Assembly (NCBI GenBank): GCA_963819215.1
Contig: CAWFVK010000009.1
Coordinates: 17,267-81,266, forward strand
Direction: 5' to 3'
Source: an uncultured Actinomycetota bacterium
Lineage (GTDB): Bacteria > Actinomycetota > Actinomycetes > Prado026
Length of the DNA: 64,000 nucleotides
The notes under the pieces were generated by a model. That model was not told where the DNA came from. It saw nothing but the letters and a program-made list of their open reading frames with translations, and ran no database searches. Every line of letters starts with the position of its first letter. The stretch's first letter is position 1. Of the stretch, positions 38,993 through 47,647 are shown one piece after another. Position numbers and translations under genes: made by a program.

Positions 38993-40620
38993 GCCGGGTC
39001 CGGGTCTTCGTGCCCTGCGACTCCGCGGCCAGGTCCGTCGGGGCCGACGACGTCGCGGTCGCGGTGCTCGCCGAGGCCGCCGCTCGCGGTCTGGACGTCG
39101 AGCTGGTGCGCAACGGGTCCCGTGGCATGTTCTGGCTCGAGCCGCTGGTGGAGGTCGAGACCTGGCCGGGCGCGTCGCCTTCGGTCCGGTCGGCTCGGAC
39201 GACGTCGCCGGCCTGTTCGACGCAGGATTCCTCGGTTCAGGATCGCTCGGGCCGGATCGCCGGATGCAGGTCGGCCGGATGCAGGTCGGCCGGATGCTGG
39301 TCAGGTCGCCGATCACCCGCTCGCGCTGGGGCTGACCGAGGACCTCCCGTGGCTGGCGCGCCAGGACCGCCTCACCTTCGCTCGGGTCGGCGTGATCGAT
39401 CCGCTCTCGCCGAGCGACTTCGAGGCGCACGGAGGACTGGCCGGCCTGCGCGCAGCGCTGGCGCTCGCCGCCCGAGCGATCGTCGAGAGGGTGACCGAGT
39501 CCGGGCCTTCGCGGCCGTGGCGGGCGCCGGGTTCCCGACCGGCATCAAGTGGAGGACCGTCGCCGAGGCGCCGGCGACGCCGAAGTTCGTCTGCTGCAAC
39601 GCCGACGAGGGCGACAGCGGCACCTTCGCCGACCGCATGCTGATGGAGGGCGACCCGTTCACCCTGATCGAGGGCATGATCATCGCCGCGATCGCGGTCG
39701 GGGCGACCGAGGGCTTCGTCTACATCCGCTCGGAGTACCCCGACGCGGTGGCGACGATGCGCCGGGCGATCGCCGTCGGCCTACGAGCAGGGCTGGCTCG
39801 GCGCGAGCGTCGCTGGGCAGCGCGCACCGTTTCGACCTCGACGTCCGGGTCGGCGCCGGCGCCTACATCTGCGGGGAGGAGACCGCGATGCTGGAGAGCC
39901 TCGAGGGCAAGCGCGGGATGGTGCGGGCCGAAGCCGCCGCTGCCGGCGCTCGAAGGGCCTGTTCGGGCGGCCGACCGTCGTCAACAACCTGCTCGTCGCT
40001 GGCGCAGCGTGCCGACGATGCTCGCCGACGGCGGCGCGGAGTTCTACCGCGACTTCGGCGTCGGACGCTCCCGCGGCACCCAGGTGTTCCAGCTCGCCGG
40101 CAACGTCAAGCACGGCGGCATCGTCGAGACTGCCTTCGGCATCACGCTGGGCGAGCTGGTCGACGACTTCGGTGGTGGCACCGCCTCGGCCGGCCGGTGC
40201 GTGCGGTGCAGGTCGGCGGCCCGCTGGGCGCGTACGTCCCGGCCGAGAGCTTCGACCTGCCGATGGACTACGAGGCGTTCGCGGCGCCGGCGCCATGGTC
40301 GGGCCACGGCGGCATCGTCGTGTTCGACGACACCGTCGACATGGGCGCGCAGGCGAGGTTCGCGATGGAGTTCTGCGCCGAGGAGTCGTGCGGCAAGTGC
40401 ACGCCGTGCCGGGTCGGGGCCGACCGCGGCGTCGAGGTCATCGACAAGATCCTCGTCGGGGTCGACGCTGGGGAGAACGCCGAGAACCTGGTGCTCCTGC
40501 AGGACCTCTGCGAGCTCATGACCGACGGCTCGCTGTGCGCGATGGGTGGCCTGACGCCGATGCCTGTCCTCAGCGTGCTCAAGCACTTCCCGGAAGATCT
40601 CCGAGAGGAGCCGGCGATGA
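38989..40620 (+). pseudogene. fdsB: NAD-dependent formate dehydrogenase beta subunit (NuoF-like), about 14 frame changes
   Basis: Fragments in rotating frames: MSRVRVFVPCDSAA..GMFWLEPLVEVET, GRVAFGPVGSDDVAGLFDAGFL, HPLALGLTEDLPWLARQDRLTFARVG, GAGFPTGIKWRTV..VCCNADEGDSGTFADRMLMEGDP (FMN/NAD motifs), VRVGAGAYICGEETAMLESLEGKRG, KPPLPALEG, GLFGRPTVVNNLL, ESCGKCTPCRVG, GSLCAMGG. Confidence 0.85.
39251..39304 (+). repeat. 15-bp tandem repeat (about 3.5 copies) inside fdsB encoding PDAGR-PDAGR-PDAGQ
   Basis: CCGGATGCAGGTCGG at 39260-39274 and 39275-39289, a variant CCGGATGCTGGTCAG at 39290-39304, and a truncated copy GCCGGATCG at 39251-39259. Confidence 0.9.
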
Positions 40621-43457
40621 GCCTGCGCAAGCCCGTGGATCTGGGGACCCCGCTCGTCCCGGGTGCCGCCACCGTCCAGGTGGTCGGTCGACGGACTGCC
40701 GGTCGACCGTGCCGCCAGGGACCTCGATCATGCGGGCCGCGGCCATCGCCGGCGTGGACATCCCGAAGCTGTGCGCCACGGACTCCCTGGAGGCCTTCGG
40801 CTCGTGCCGGCTGTGCCTGGTCGAGGTCGACGGCCGCAAGGGCACCCCAGCCTCCTGCACGACCCCGTGCGCGCCGCGGCATGACCGTGACCACCCAGAC
40901 GCCGCGACTGGAGAAGCTGCGGCGCGGCGTGATGGAGCTCTACATCTCCGACCACCCGCTCGACTGCCTGACCTGCCCCGCGAACGGCGACTGCGAGCTG
41001 CAGGACATGGCCGGCGTGGTGGGGCTCCGCGACGTCCGCTACGGCTACGACGGGCGAGAACCACCTCGACGGCGCGAACGACGACAGTCCAACCCGTACT
41101 TCAGCTTCGACGACAGCAAGTGCATCGCCTGCTCGCGCTGCGTGCGCGCCTGCGACGAGGTGCAGGGGACCTTCGCGCTCACGATCGCCGGCCGTGGCTT
41201 CGACTCACGGGTGTCGGCGAGCGCGGGCGAACCTCTTCATGGAGTCCGAGTGCGTCTCGTGCGGCGCCTGCGTGCAGGCGTGCCCGACGTCGACGCTCCA
41301 GGAGAAGACGGTCATCGAGCTCGGGGTCCCGACCAGGACGGTCGCGACCACCTGTGCCTACTGCGGCGTCGGCTGCTCGTTCAACGCCGAGATGCGCGGC
41401 GACCAGGTCGTGCGGATGGTGCCCGACAAGTCCGGCGGCGCCAACGAGGGCCACAGCTGCGTCAAGGGCCGGTTCGCCTGGGGCTACGCGACCCACAAGG
41501 ACCGCCAGCTCGAGCCGATGGTCCGCGGCGTCGATCGACGAGCCGTGGCGGGTGGTGTCCTGGGAGGAGGCGATCAGCTACGCGGCCGAGCGCTTCCTCG
41601 AGCATCCAGGCGGAGCACGGCGTCGGCGCGATCGGCGGGATCACCTCCTCGCGCTGCACCAACGAGGAGGTCTTCGTCGGTGCAGAAGATGATCCGCGCG
41701 GCGTTCGGCAACAACAACGTCGACACCTGCGCGCGGGTCTGCCACTCCCCGACCGGCTACGGCCTCAAGCAGACGTTCGGCACCTCGGCGGGCACCCAGG
41801 ACTTCGCCTCGGTCGCCGAGGCCGACGTGATCGTGGTCATCGGCGCCAACCCGACCGACGGCCACCCGGTGTTCGCCTCCCGGATGAAGCGCCGGCTGCG
41901 CGAGGGTGCCGAGCTGGTCGTCGTCGACCCGCGCCGGATCGACATGGTGCGCACGCCGCACATCGAGGCCGAGCACCACCTGCAGCTGCGCCCGGGCACC
42001 AACGTCGCGATCGTCAACGCGCTGGCGCACGTCGTGGTGACCGAGGGGCTCGTCGACCGGGCGTTCGTCGCGGAGCGCTGCGAGGCCGACGAGCTTCGCG
42101 CAGTGGGAGGCGTTCATCGCCGCGACGGAGAACAGCCCGGAGGCGGTCGAGGCAGATCACCGGCGTGCCGGCCGCGGACATCCGGGCCGCGGCTCGGCTG
42201 CTACGCGTCCGCCCGCAACGCCGCGATCTACTACGGCCTCGGCGTCACCGAGCACAGCCAGGGCTCGACGATGGTCATGGGCATGGCGAACCTCGCGATG
42301 GCGACCGGCAACATCGGCCGCGACGGCGTAGGCGTCAACCCGCTGCGCGGTCAGAACAACGTGCAGGGCTCGTGCGACATGGGCTCCTTCCCGCACGAGC
42401 TCCCCGGCTACCGGCACGTCAGCGACGACACCGCTCGGCACGTCTTCGAGGACCTCTGGGGGACGCCCCTGGACGCCAACCCCGGCCTGCGGATCCCCAA
42501 CATGTTCGAGGCCGCGATCGCCGGCACCTACCGCGCGATGTTCGTCCAGGGCGAGGACATCGCGCAGTCCGACCCCAACGTCGACGCACGTGAAGGCGGC
42601 GCTGGGCTCGCTCGACCTGCTCGTCGTGCAGGACCTCTTCCTCAACGAGACGGCCAAGTTCGCCCACGTCTTCCTGCCGGGCACCTCGTTCCTGGAGAAG
42701 GACGGCACGTTCACCAACGCCGAGCGCCGGATCAACCGGGTGCGGCCGGTGATGGCGCCCAAGACGGGCAAGCAGGAGTGGCAGGTCGCCTGCGAGCTCG
42801 CCACCGCCATGGGCTACCCGATGGACTACGCGAACGGCGCCGAGATCATGGCGGAGATCGCGGCCACCACGCCGACCTTCGCCGGTGTCTCGTTCGCCCG
42901 GCTCGACGAGCTCGGCAGCATCCAGTGGCCGTGCAACGCGGACGCTCCGGACGGCACCCCGATCATGCACGTCGACGGCTTCGTGCGAGGCAAGGGGCAC
43001 TTCGTCGACACGCCCTTCGTCCCGACCGAGGAGCGCACCAGCCGCCGGTTCCCGCTGGTGCTGACCACCGGCCGGATCCTCAGCCAGTACAACGTGGGCG
43101 CGCAGACGCGGCGCACGGCCAACGTCGCGCTGGCACGGTGAGGACGTCCTCGAGATCCACCCCCATGACGCCGAGGAGCGCGGGATCACCGAGGGCTGCT
43201 CCGTCGCGATCACCAGCCGGGTCGGCGAGACGGTGCTGCGCGCGAAGATCGCCGACCGGATGCCGCAGGGTGTGGTCTACACGACGTTCCACTACCCGAG
43301 CAGCGGCGCGAACGTCATCACCACGGACTACTCCGACTGGGCGACGAACTGCCCGGAGTACAAGGTGACGGCGGTGCAGGTGTCGCCCACCGTGCGGGCG
43401 CCGGTCACGGACGCCGAGAACGAGGCCGAGCACCAGCCGGTGGCCAGCTTCCAGTGA
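40617..43457 (+). pseudogene. fdsA: NAD-dependent formate dehydrogenase alpha (molybdopterin) subunit, about 14 frame changes
   Basis: Fragments: GVDIPKLCATDSLEAFGSCRLCLVEVDG (2Fe-2S), YISDHPLDCLTCPANGDCELQD, CIACSRCVRACDEVQG, ESECVSCGACVQACPT, TTCAYCGVGCSF, NNVDTCARVCHSPTG (Cys, not Sec, at the Mo ligand position), GQNNVQGSCDMG, ..TTFHYPSSGANVITTDYSDWATNCPEYKVTAVQV..*. Confidence 0.9.
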
Positions 43458-43714
43458 GCGGTTCCCACACCGCCGGCTCGCAGTCGGGGCAGGACCAGCT
43501 CGTGGCTGACCTGGTGCGGATGGCGAACCAGATCGCCCGTAACTTCGGAGCGCTTCCGCCGGACCGGGTGCCGGTCGCGATCGCGAAGCACCTGAACGAC
43601 TTCTGGGCCCCGTCGATGCGGCTGGCGCTCGCCGAGCGGGTCCGTCAGGGCGGCGAGGGGCTGGAGGGCTCGGTCGTCGCCGCCGCTGGGCTGCTCCAGC
43701 TGCCGGCGTGCTGA
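43454..43714 (+). CDS. fdsD: formate dehydrogenase delta subunit (FdsD)
   Basis: Intact 86 aa. LVRMANQIARNF..VAIAKHLNDFWAPSMR is the FdsD-family pattern. Its GTG overlaps the fdsA stop (GTGA). Confidence 0.8.
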   Translation: MSGSHTAGSQSGQDQLVADLVRMANQIARNFGALPPDRVPVAIAKHLNDFWAPSMRLALAERVRQGGEGLEGSVVAAAGLLQLPAC

Positions 43715-43889
43715 GATGGGTGGGAGCGTGCGGCACGATGGGGGTGTGCTCGGCCCGGCTTCGGCTCTAGGATCATCCTGACTGAACGGTCAGTCACATC
43801 CTGCGAGGTCCCTGCTTGCCGGCCGCTGCCCGTCGTTCGTCTCATGTCCGCCCCGCCCGCCCTTGTCCGCTCGTTCGGAAGGACCACCG

Positions 43890-44741
43890 ATGACTGCCCA
43901 GATCCTCGACGGCAAGGCCACGGCCGCCGCGATCCGCTCCGAGCTCACCGTCCGCGTCGCCGCGCTGCTCGAGCGAGGGGTGCGCGCGGGGCTGGGCACG
44001 GTGCTGGTCGGTGCTGATCCGGGATCGGCGGCCTACGTCGCGGGCAAGCACCGGGACTGCGCGGAGGTCGGGGTCGCCTCGGTCCGGGTGGATCTGCCCG
44101 AGACTGCCTCGCAGGCCGACGTCGAGGCCGCGGTGGCCGACCTCAACGCCGACCCGGCCTGCACCGGGTACATCGTCCAGCTCCCGCTGCCCCGCGGGCT
44201 GGACGCCAACCGGGTGCTCGGCCTGATGGATCCTGCGAAGGACGCCGACGGGCTGCACCCGACCAACCTCGGCAAGCTCGTGCTCGGCGAGGAGGCCCCG
44301 CTGCCCTGCACCCCGCGCGGCATCGTCGAGCTGCTGCGGCGGTACGGCGTGGAGATCAACGGCGCTGAGGTCTGCATCGTCGGTCGCGGCGTGACCGTCG
44401 GTCGTCCGCTCGGGCTGCTCCTCACCCGACGCTCGGAGAACGCGACGGTCACGCTGTGCCACACCGGGACCAAGGACCTCGCGTCCCACGTCCGCTCGGC
44501 CGACATCGTCGTGGCCGCGGCTGGCGTGCCCTCGCTGATCAAGGCCGACATGCTCAAGCCGGGCGCGGCGGTGCTGGACGTCGGAATCACCCGGACCGAG
44601 GCCGGGCTGGCTGGCGACGTCGACCCAGCCTGCCGCGAGGTCGCCGGCTTCCTTGCTCCCATGCCGGGCGGGGTCGGCCCCATGACGCGCGCGATGCTCC
44701 TGACCAATGTCGTGGAGGCCGCTGAGCGCCTGGCTGGCTGA
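43890..44741 (+). CDS. folD: bifunctional methylenetetrahydrofolate dehydrogenase / methenyl-THF cyclohydrolase
   Basis: The ATG at 43890 follows [23 protein letters not shown].., [57 protein letters not shown]. Confidence 0.95.
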   Translation: MTAQILDGKATAAAIRSELTVRVAALLERGVRAGLGTVLVGADPGSAAYVAGKHRDCAEVGVASVRVDLPETASQADVEAAVADLNADPACTGYIVQLPLPRGLDANRVLGLMDPAKDADGLHPTNLGKLVLGEEAPLPCTPRGIVELLRRYGVEINGAEVCIVGRGVTVGRPLGLLLTRRSENATVTLCHTGTKDLASHVRSADIVVAAAGVPSLIKADMLKPGAAVLDVGITRTEAGLAGDVDPACREVAGFLAPMPGGVGPMTRAMLLTNVVEAAERLAG

Positions 44742-44773
44742 CCGCCTGGCTGGCTGAGCGCCTGGCCGGCTGA
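44726..44773 (+). repeat. tandem 16-bp repeat x3 starting on the folD stop codon
   Basis: GCGCCTGGCTGGCTGA (44726-44741, ending in the folD TGA), CCGCCTGGCTGGCTGA (44742-44757) and GCGCCTGGCCGGCTGA (44758-44773). Confidence 0.9.
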
Positions 44774-44874
44774 GCGATGGTGCGTCGCTGGCTGCGACAG
44801 CGTGAACACCTCGTCGCCGGCTGAGGTCAGGAATATGCTCGCGCCACCATCCCCTCAGGCCAGGGCGGACCGAC

Positions 44875-45708
44875 GTGAGTCAACCGATAGTGACCGCACC
44901 GCCGAGTCGTGCTGGCCGGGTGCCGCTGGTGCTGGGCATCGTGTTCATCGTCCTGGGCGTGCTCGGCGGAATCGGTTCGGTGGTCGGTCTGGTGTCGGCG
45001 GCGGTCAAGGCCAGCGACGCCCTGACCTCGTCGGTCTACTCGACGCCGATGGACCAGCAGCTCCAGCTCACCCCTGGCAGCTACCTCGTGTACGAGCGCG
45101 TCGACGCCCCGCTCGACGGCGGCAGCTTCCAGGGCACGCTCACCTCGTCCGACGTGAGCGTGACAGGGCCGGACGGCAGCGCACTGGCGGTGAGCGACCC
45201 GACGCTGTTGGAGTACGTCAAGCGTGGGGGTGTCAGGTACGACTCGGCGGCCGCGTTCGAGGTCCCCACCGCCGGCACGTACGACGTCAAGATCAGTGGC
45301 GACCAGGCGACCCACGTCATCGTGGGGCACCGGATCGCGTCCATCGTCACCCAGGCGGGCCCGTGGGTGGGTGGCGTGGCGCTGTTCGCGCTGCTCTTCG
45401 TCGCGGGCGTGATCCTGCTGATCGTCGGGCTGGTCAAGCGGTCGCGGGCGCGCAAGGCGCAGCAGGTCGTGCCGGGGTTCGGCGAGGTGCCGGGCTACGC
45501 GACGGTCGGCTACTCCACGCCTGAGCCCGTCTCGCCGGGCTATGGCTCGCCGGGCTATAGCTCGCCCGGGCAGGGAGCTGCGCAACCAGCTACCGCCCAG
45601 CCGCCGGTACCGCCCGCGCTCCCGCCGCCGGGCTGGTACCCGGACCCGGCTCGGCCTGGCGGGCTGCAGTACTGGGACGGCCAGCGATGGACGGGCTACA
45701 CGAACTAG
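44875..45708 (+). CDS. DUF2510-domain membrane protein
   Basis: Intact 277 aa with two TM helices flanking a soluble domain. A Pro/Gly/Tyr-rich segment and the C-terminal PPGWYPDPARPGGLQYWDGQRWTGYT (DUF2510 signature) follow. Confidence 0.75.
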   Translation: MSQPIVTAPPSRAGRVPLVLGIVFIVLGVLGGIGSVVGLVSAAVKASDALTSSVYSTPMDQQLQLTPGSYLVYERVDAPLDGGSFQGTLTSSDVSVTGPDGSALAVSDPTLLEYVKRGGVRYDSAAAFEVPTAGTYDVKISGDQATHVIVGHRIASIVTQAGPWVGGVALFALLFVAGVILLIVGLVKRSRARKAQQVVPGFGEVPGYATVGYSTPEPVSPGYGSPGYSSPGQGAAQPATAQPPVPPALPPPGWYPDPARPGGLQYWDGQRWTGYTN

Positions 45709-45717
45709 GCGCAGGGC

Positions 45718-46593
45718 CTACTTGAACACGACCGTGCGGTTGCCGTTCAGCAGGACACGAGACTCGGTGTGCCACTTGACCGCGCGCGCCAGGGCGAGGC
45801 ACTCGACGTCGCGTCCGGCCGCGACCAGCATGTCGGCGTCGAACGTGTGGTCGATCCGGGCGATCTCCTGCTCGATGATCGGGCCCTCGTCGAGGTCGCC
45901 GGTGACGTAGTGGGCCGTAGCGCCGATGAGCTTGACGCCCCGGGCATAGGCCTGGTGGTACGGCTTGGCGCCCTTGAAGCTCGGCAGCGCCGAGTGGTGG
46001 ATGTTGATCGCGCGGCCCTCGAGCTGCTTGCAGAGGTCGTTCGAGAGCACCTGCATGTACCGCGCGAGCACCACGAGGTCGATGTCCAGCGAGTTGACGA
46101 GCTCCATGAGCTGCGCCTCGGCCTCGGGCTTGGTGTCTGGGGTGACCGGCACGTGGTGGAAGGGGATCCCGTGCGCCGCGGCCAGGGGCTCGAAGTCACG
46201 GTGGTTCGACACGATCGCGGCGATCTCGACGTTGAGGCTGCCGACGCTGTACCGGAAGAGGAGGTCGTTCAGGCAGTGTCCGTACTTGGACACCATGATG
46301 AGGACCCGCCACTTGTCGTCCGCGAGCCACAGATCCCAGTCCATGGAGAAGGTCTCGCCCACCGGCCCGAAGTCGCGCTGCAGCTGCTCCAAGCGGCTCG
46401 GGGCCGACGGCTCGCTGCTCGTGAAGTGGACCCGCATGAAGAATCGGCCGGAGTCCCGGTCACCGAACTGCTGGCTCTGGATGATCGTGCACCCGTGCTG
46501 GACCAGGAAGCCCGATACGGCGAAGACGATGCCGGGCTTGTCCACGCAGGACAGCGTGAGCACGTACTCGGGGGGGTTGTCGGCTGGCGTCAT
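45718..46593 (-). CDS. purU: formyltetrahydrofolate deformylase
   Basis: Intact 291 aa. An ACT domain (LTLSCVDKPGIVFAVSGFL) is followed by a formyl-transferase domain (ISNH-type VSNHRD, LVVLARYMQVLS, INIHHSALPSFKGAKPY). Confidence 0.92.
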   Translation of the reverse strand: MTPADNPPEYVLTLSCVDKPGIVFAVSGFLVQHGCTIIQSQQFGDRDSGRFFMRVHFTSSEPSAPSRLEQLQRDFGPVGETFSMDWDLWLADDKWRVLIMVSKYGHCLNDLLFRYSVGSLNVEIAAIVSNHRDFEPLAAAHGIPFHHVPVTPDTKPEAEAQLMELVNSLDIDLVVLARYMQVLSNDLCKQLEGRAINIHHSALPSFKGAKPYHQAYARGVKLIGATAHYVTGDLDEGPIIEQEIARIDHTFDADMLVAAGRDVECLALARAVKWHTESRVLLNGNRTVVFK

Positions 46594-46674
46594 GCTGCGA
46601 CGGGTCCTTTGAACGACGGTTCAGGGTCTGCCAGAGCGTACCTGAGTCGCGAGTCAGTAGCCATGGTCGGCCGG

Positions 46675-47646
46675 CTACGAGCCGACCGCCGCCAAGCGGC
46701 GGAACCCCTCGTCGAGATCGACCGCGGGCGTCCAGCGCAGGACCTCCCGGGTCTCCCGCTGGTCGAACCAGTGCGCGGTAGCCAGCTGCTCCGCCAGGAA
46801 CCGCGTCATGGGCGGATCATCGGAACGCCGCAGCACGGCCCAGGCTGCTTCAGCGACAGCTCCGGCGGCCTGGGCGGCCCGGAACGGCAGGCGCAGCGTC
46901 GGATCGGGAGCGCCCACCGCAGCGCAGATGCTGCTGACCAGCTCCGCCACCGTCCGGGGCTGGCCGTTCGACACGACGAAGGCCCGTCCGTGGGCCGGCC
47001 CGTCGGGCGTCGCGCGATCGAGGGCGGCGACTATGGCGTCGGCCGCGTTGTCGACGTAGGTCGTGTCGATCAGTGCCGCGCCCTGGTCGATCAGCGCCAG
47101 CCGTCCGGAGCGCGCTCGTTCGGCGATCCGGCCAACCAGCTGGGTGTCGCCCGGGCCCCAGACGAGGTGCGGCCGGACGGCCACCACCGCGAGCCCCGGG
47201 CTGTCCGCCGCCAGCGCGATGAGCTCCGCCTGTGCCTTGCTGCGTGCGTAGTGCCCACGGGCGGCTGCCGGATCTGCCGGCGCGGCTCCGACCCCCACGA
47301 GGGACCGCCCGGCGTGCCCGACCGACGGCGAGGACACCTGCACGAACCGGCCGACGCCCGCTGCCCGGGCGGCCGCGAGCGCGTTGGCGGTGCCAGCGAC
47401 GTTGACGGCAGCGAAGTCGCGCCACGGTCCGGTGACGGCGACCTTCGCCGCCAGGTGGACCACCGCATCCGTCCCCGCCGCGGCCGCATGGAGCGCGTCG
47501 AGGTCGGTGACGGAACCGCGAACCTCCTGCCACGGCCCGCTCGACGCGCCGCGCTGGAACACCGTGACCTCGTCCCCGCGGTCAGCGAGGGACCGGGCGA
47601 CGGCGCGGCCGAGCATCCCGCTCGCCCCGGTGACCAGGACGCGCAC
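46675..47646 (-). CDS. oleD: OleD: NAD(P)H-dependent 2-alkyl-3-ketoalkanoate reductase (3-beta-HSD/epimerase family)
   Basis: The GTG at 47646 lies 1 nt after the oleBC stop. VRVLVTGASGMLG Rossmann motif and YARSK catalytic Tyr-x3-Lys. It is the last gene of the oleA-oleBC-oleD arrangement. Confidence 0.8.
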   Translation of the reverse strand: MRVLVTGASGMLGRAVARSLADRGDEVTVFQRGASSGPWQEVRGSVTDLDALHAAAAGTDAVVHLAAKVAVTGPWRDFAAVNVAGTANALAAARAAGVGRFVQVSSPSVGHAGRSLVGVGAAPADPAAARGHYARSKAQAELIALAADSPGLAVVAVRPHLVWGPGDTQLVGRIAERARSGRLALIDQGAALIDTTYVDNAADAIVAALDRATPDGPAHGRAFVVSNGQPRTVAELVSSICAAVGAPDPTLRLPFRAAQAAGAVAEAAWAVLRRSDDPPMTRFLAEQLATAHWFDQRETREVLRWTPAVDLDEGFRRLAAVGS

Positions 47647-47647
47647 G

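Noticed and set aside
41700-41760. Selenocysteine (TGA) at the formate dehydrogenase active site.
   Set aside because: The Mo-ligand position reads TCARVCHSPTG with a TGC cysteine codon. There is no in-frame TGA and no SECIS-like need.
43715-43889. A ZTP (pfl) or other C1-related riboswitch upstream of folD, and similarly upstream of purU (46594-46674).
   Set aside because: I looked for the conserved ZTP elements (GGGUCGUGACUGGCG ... CCGCCUGGGCA) and did not find them. Only a small hairpin (TGACTG-AACGGT-CAGTCA) is present. A covariance-model scan would be needed to be sure.
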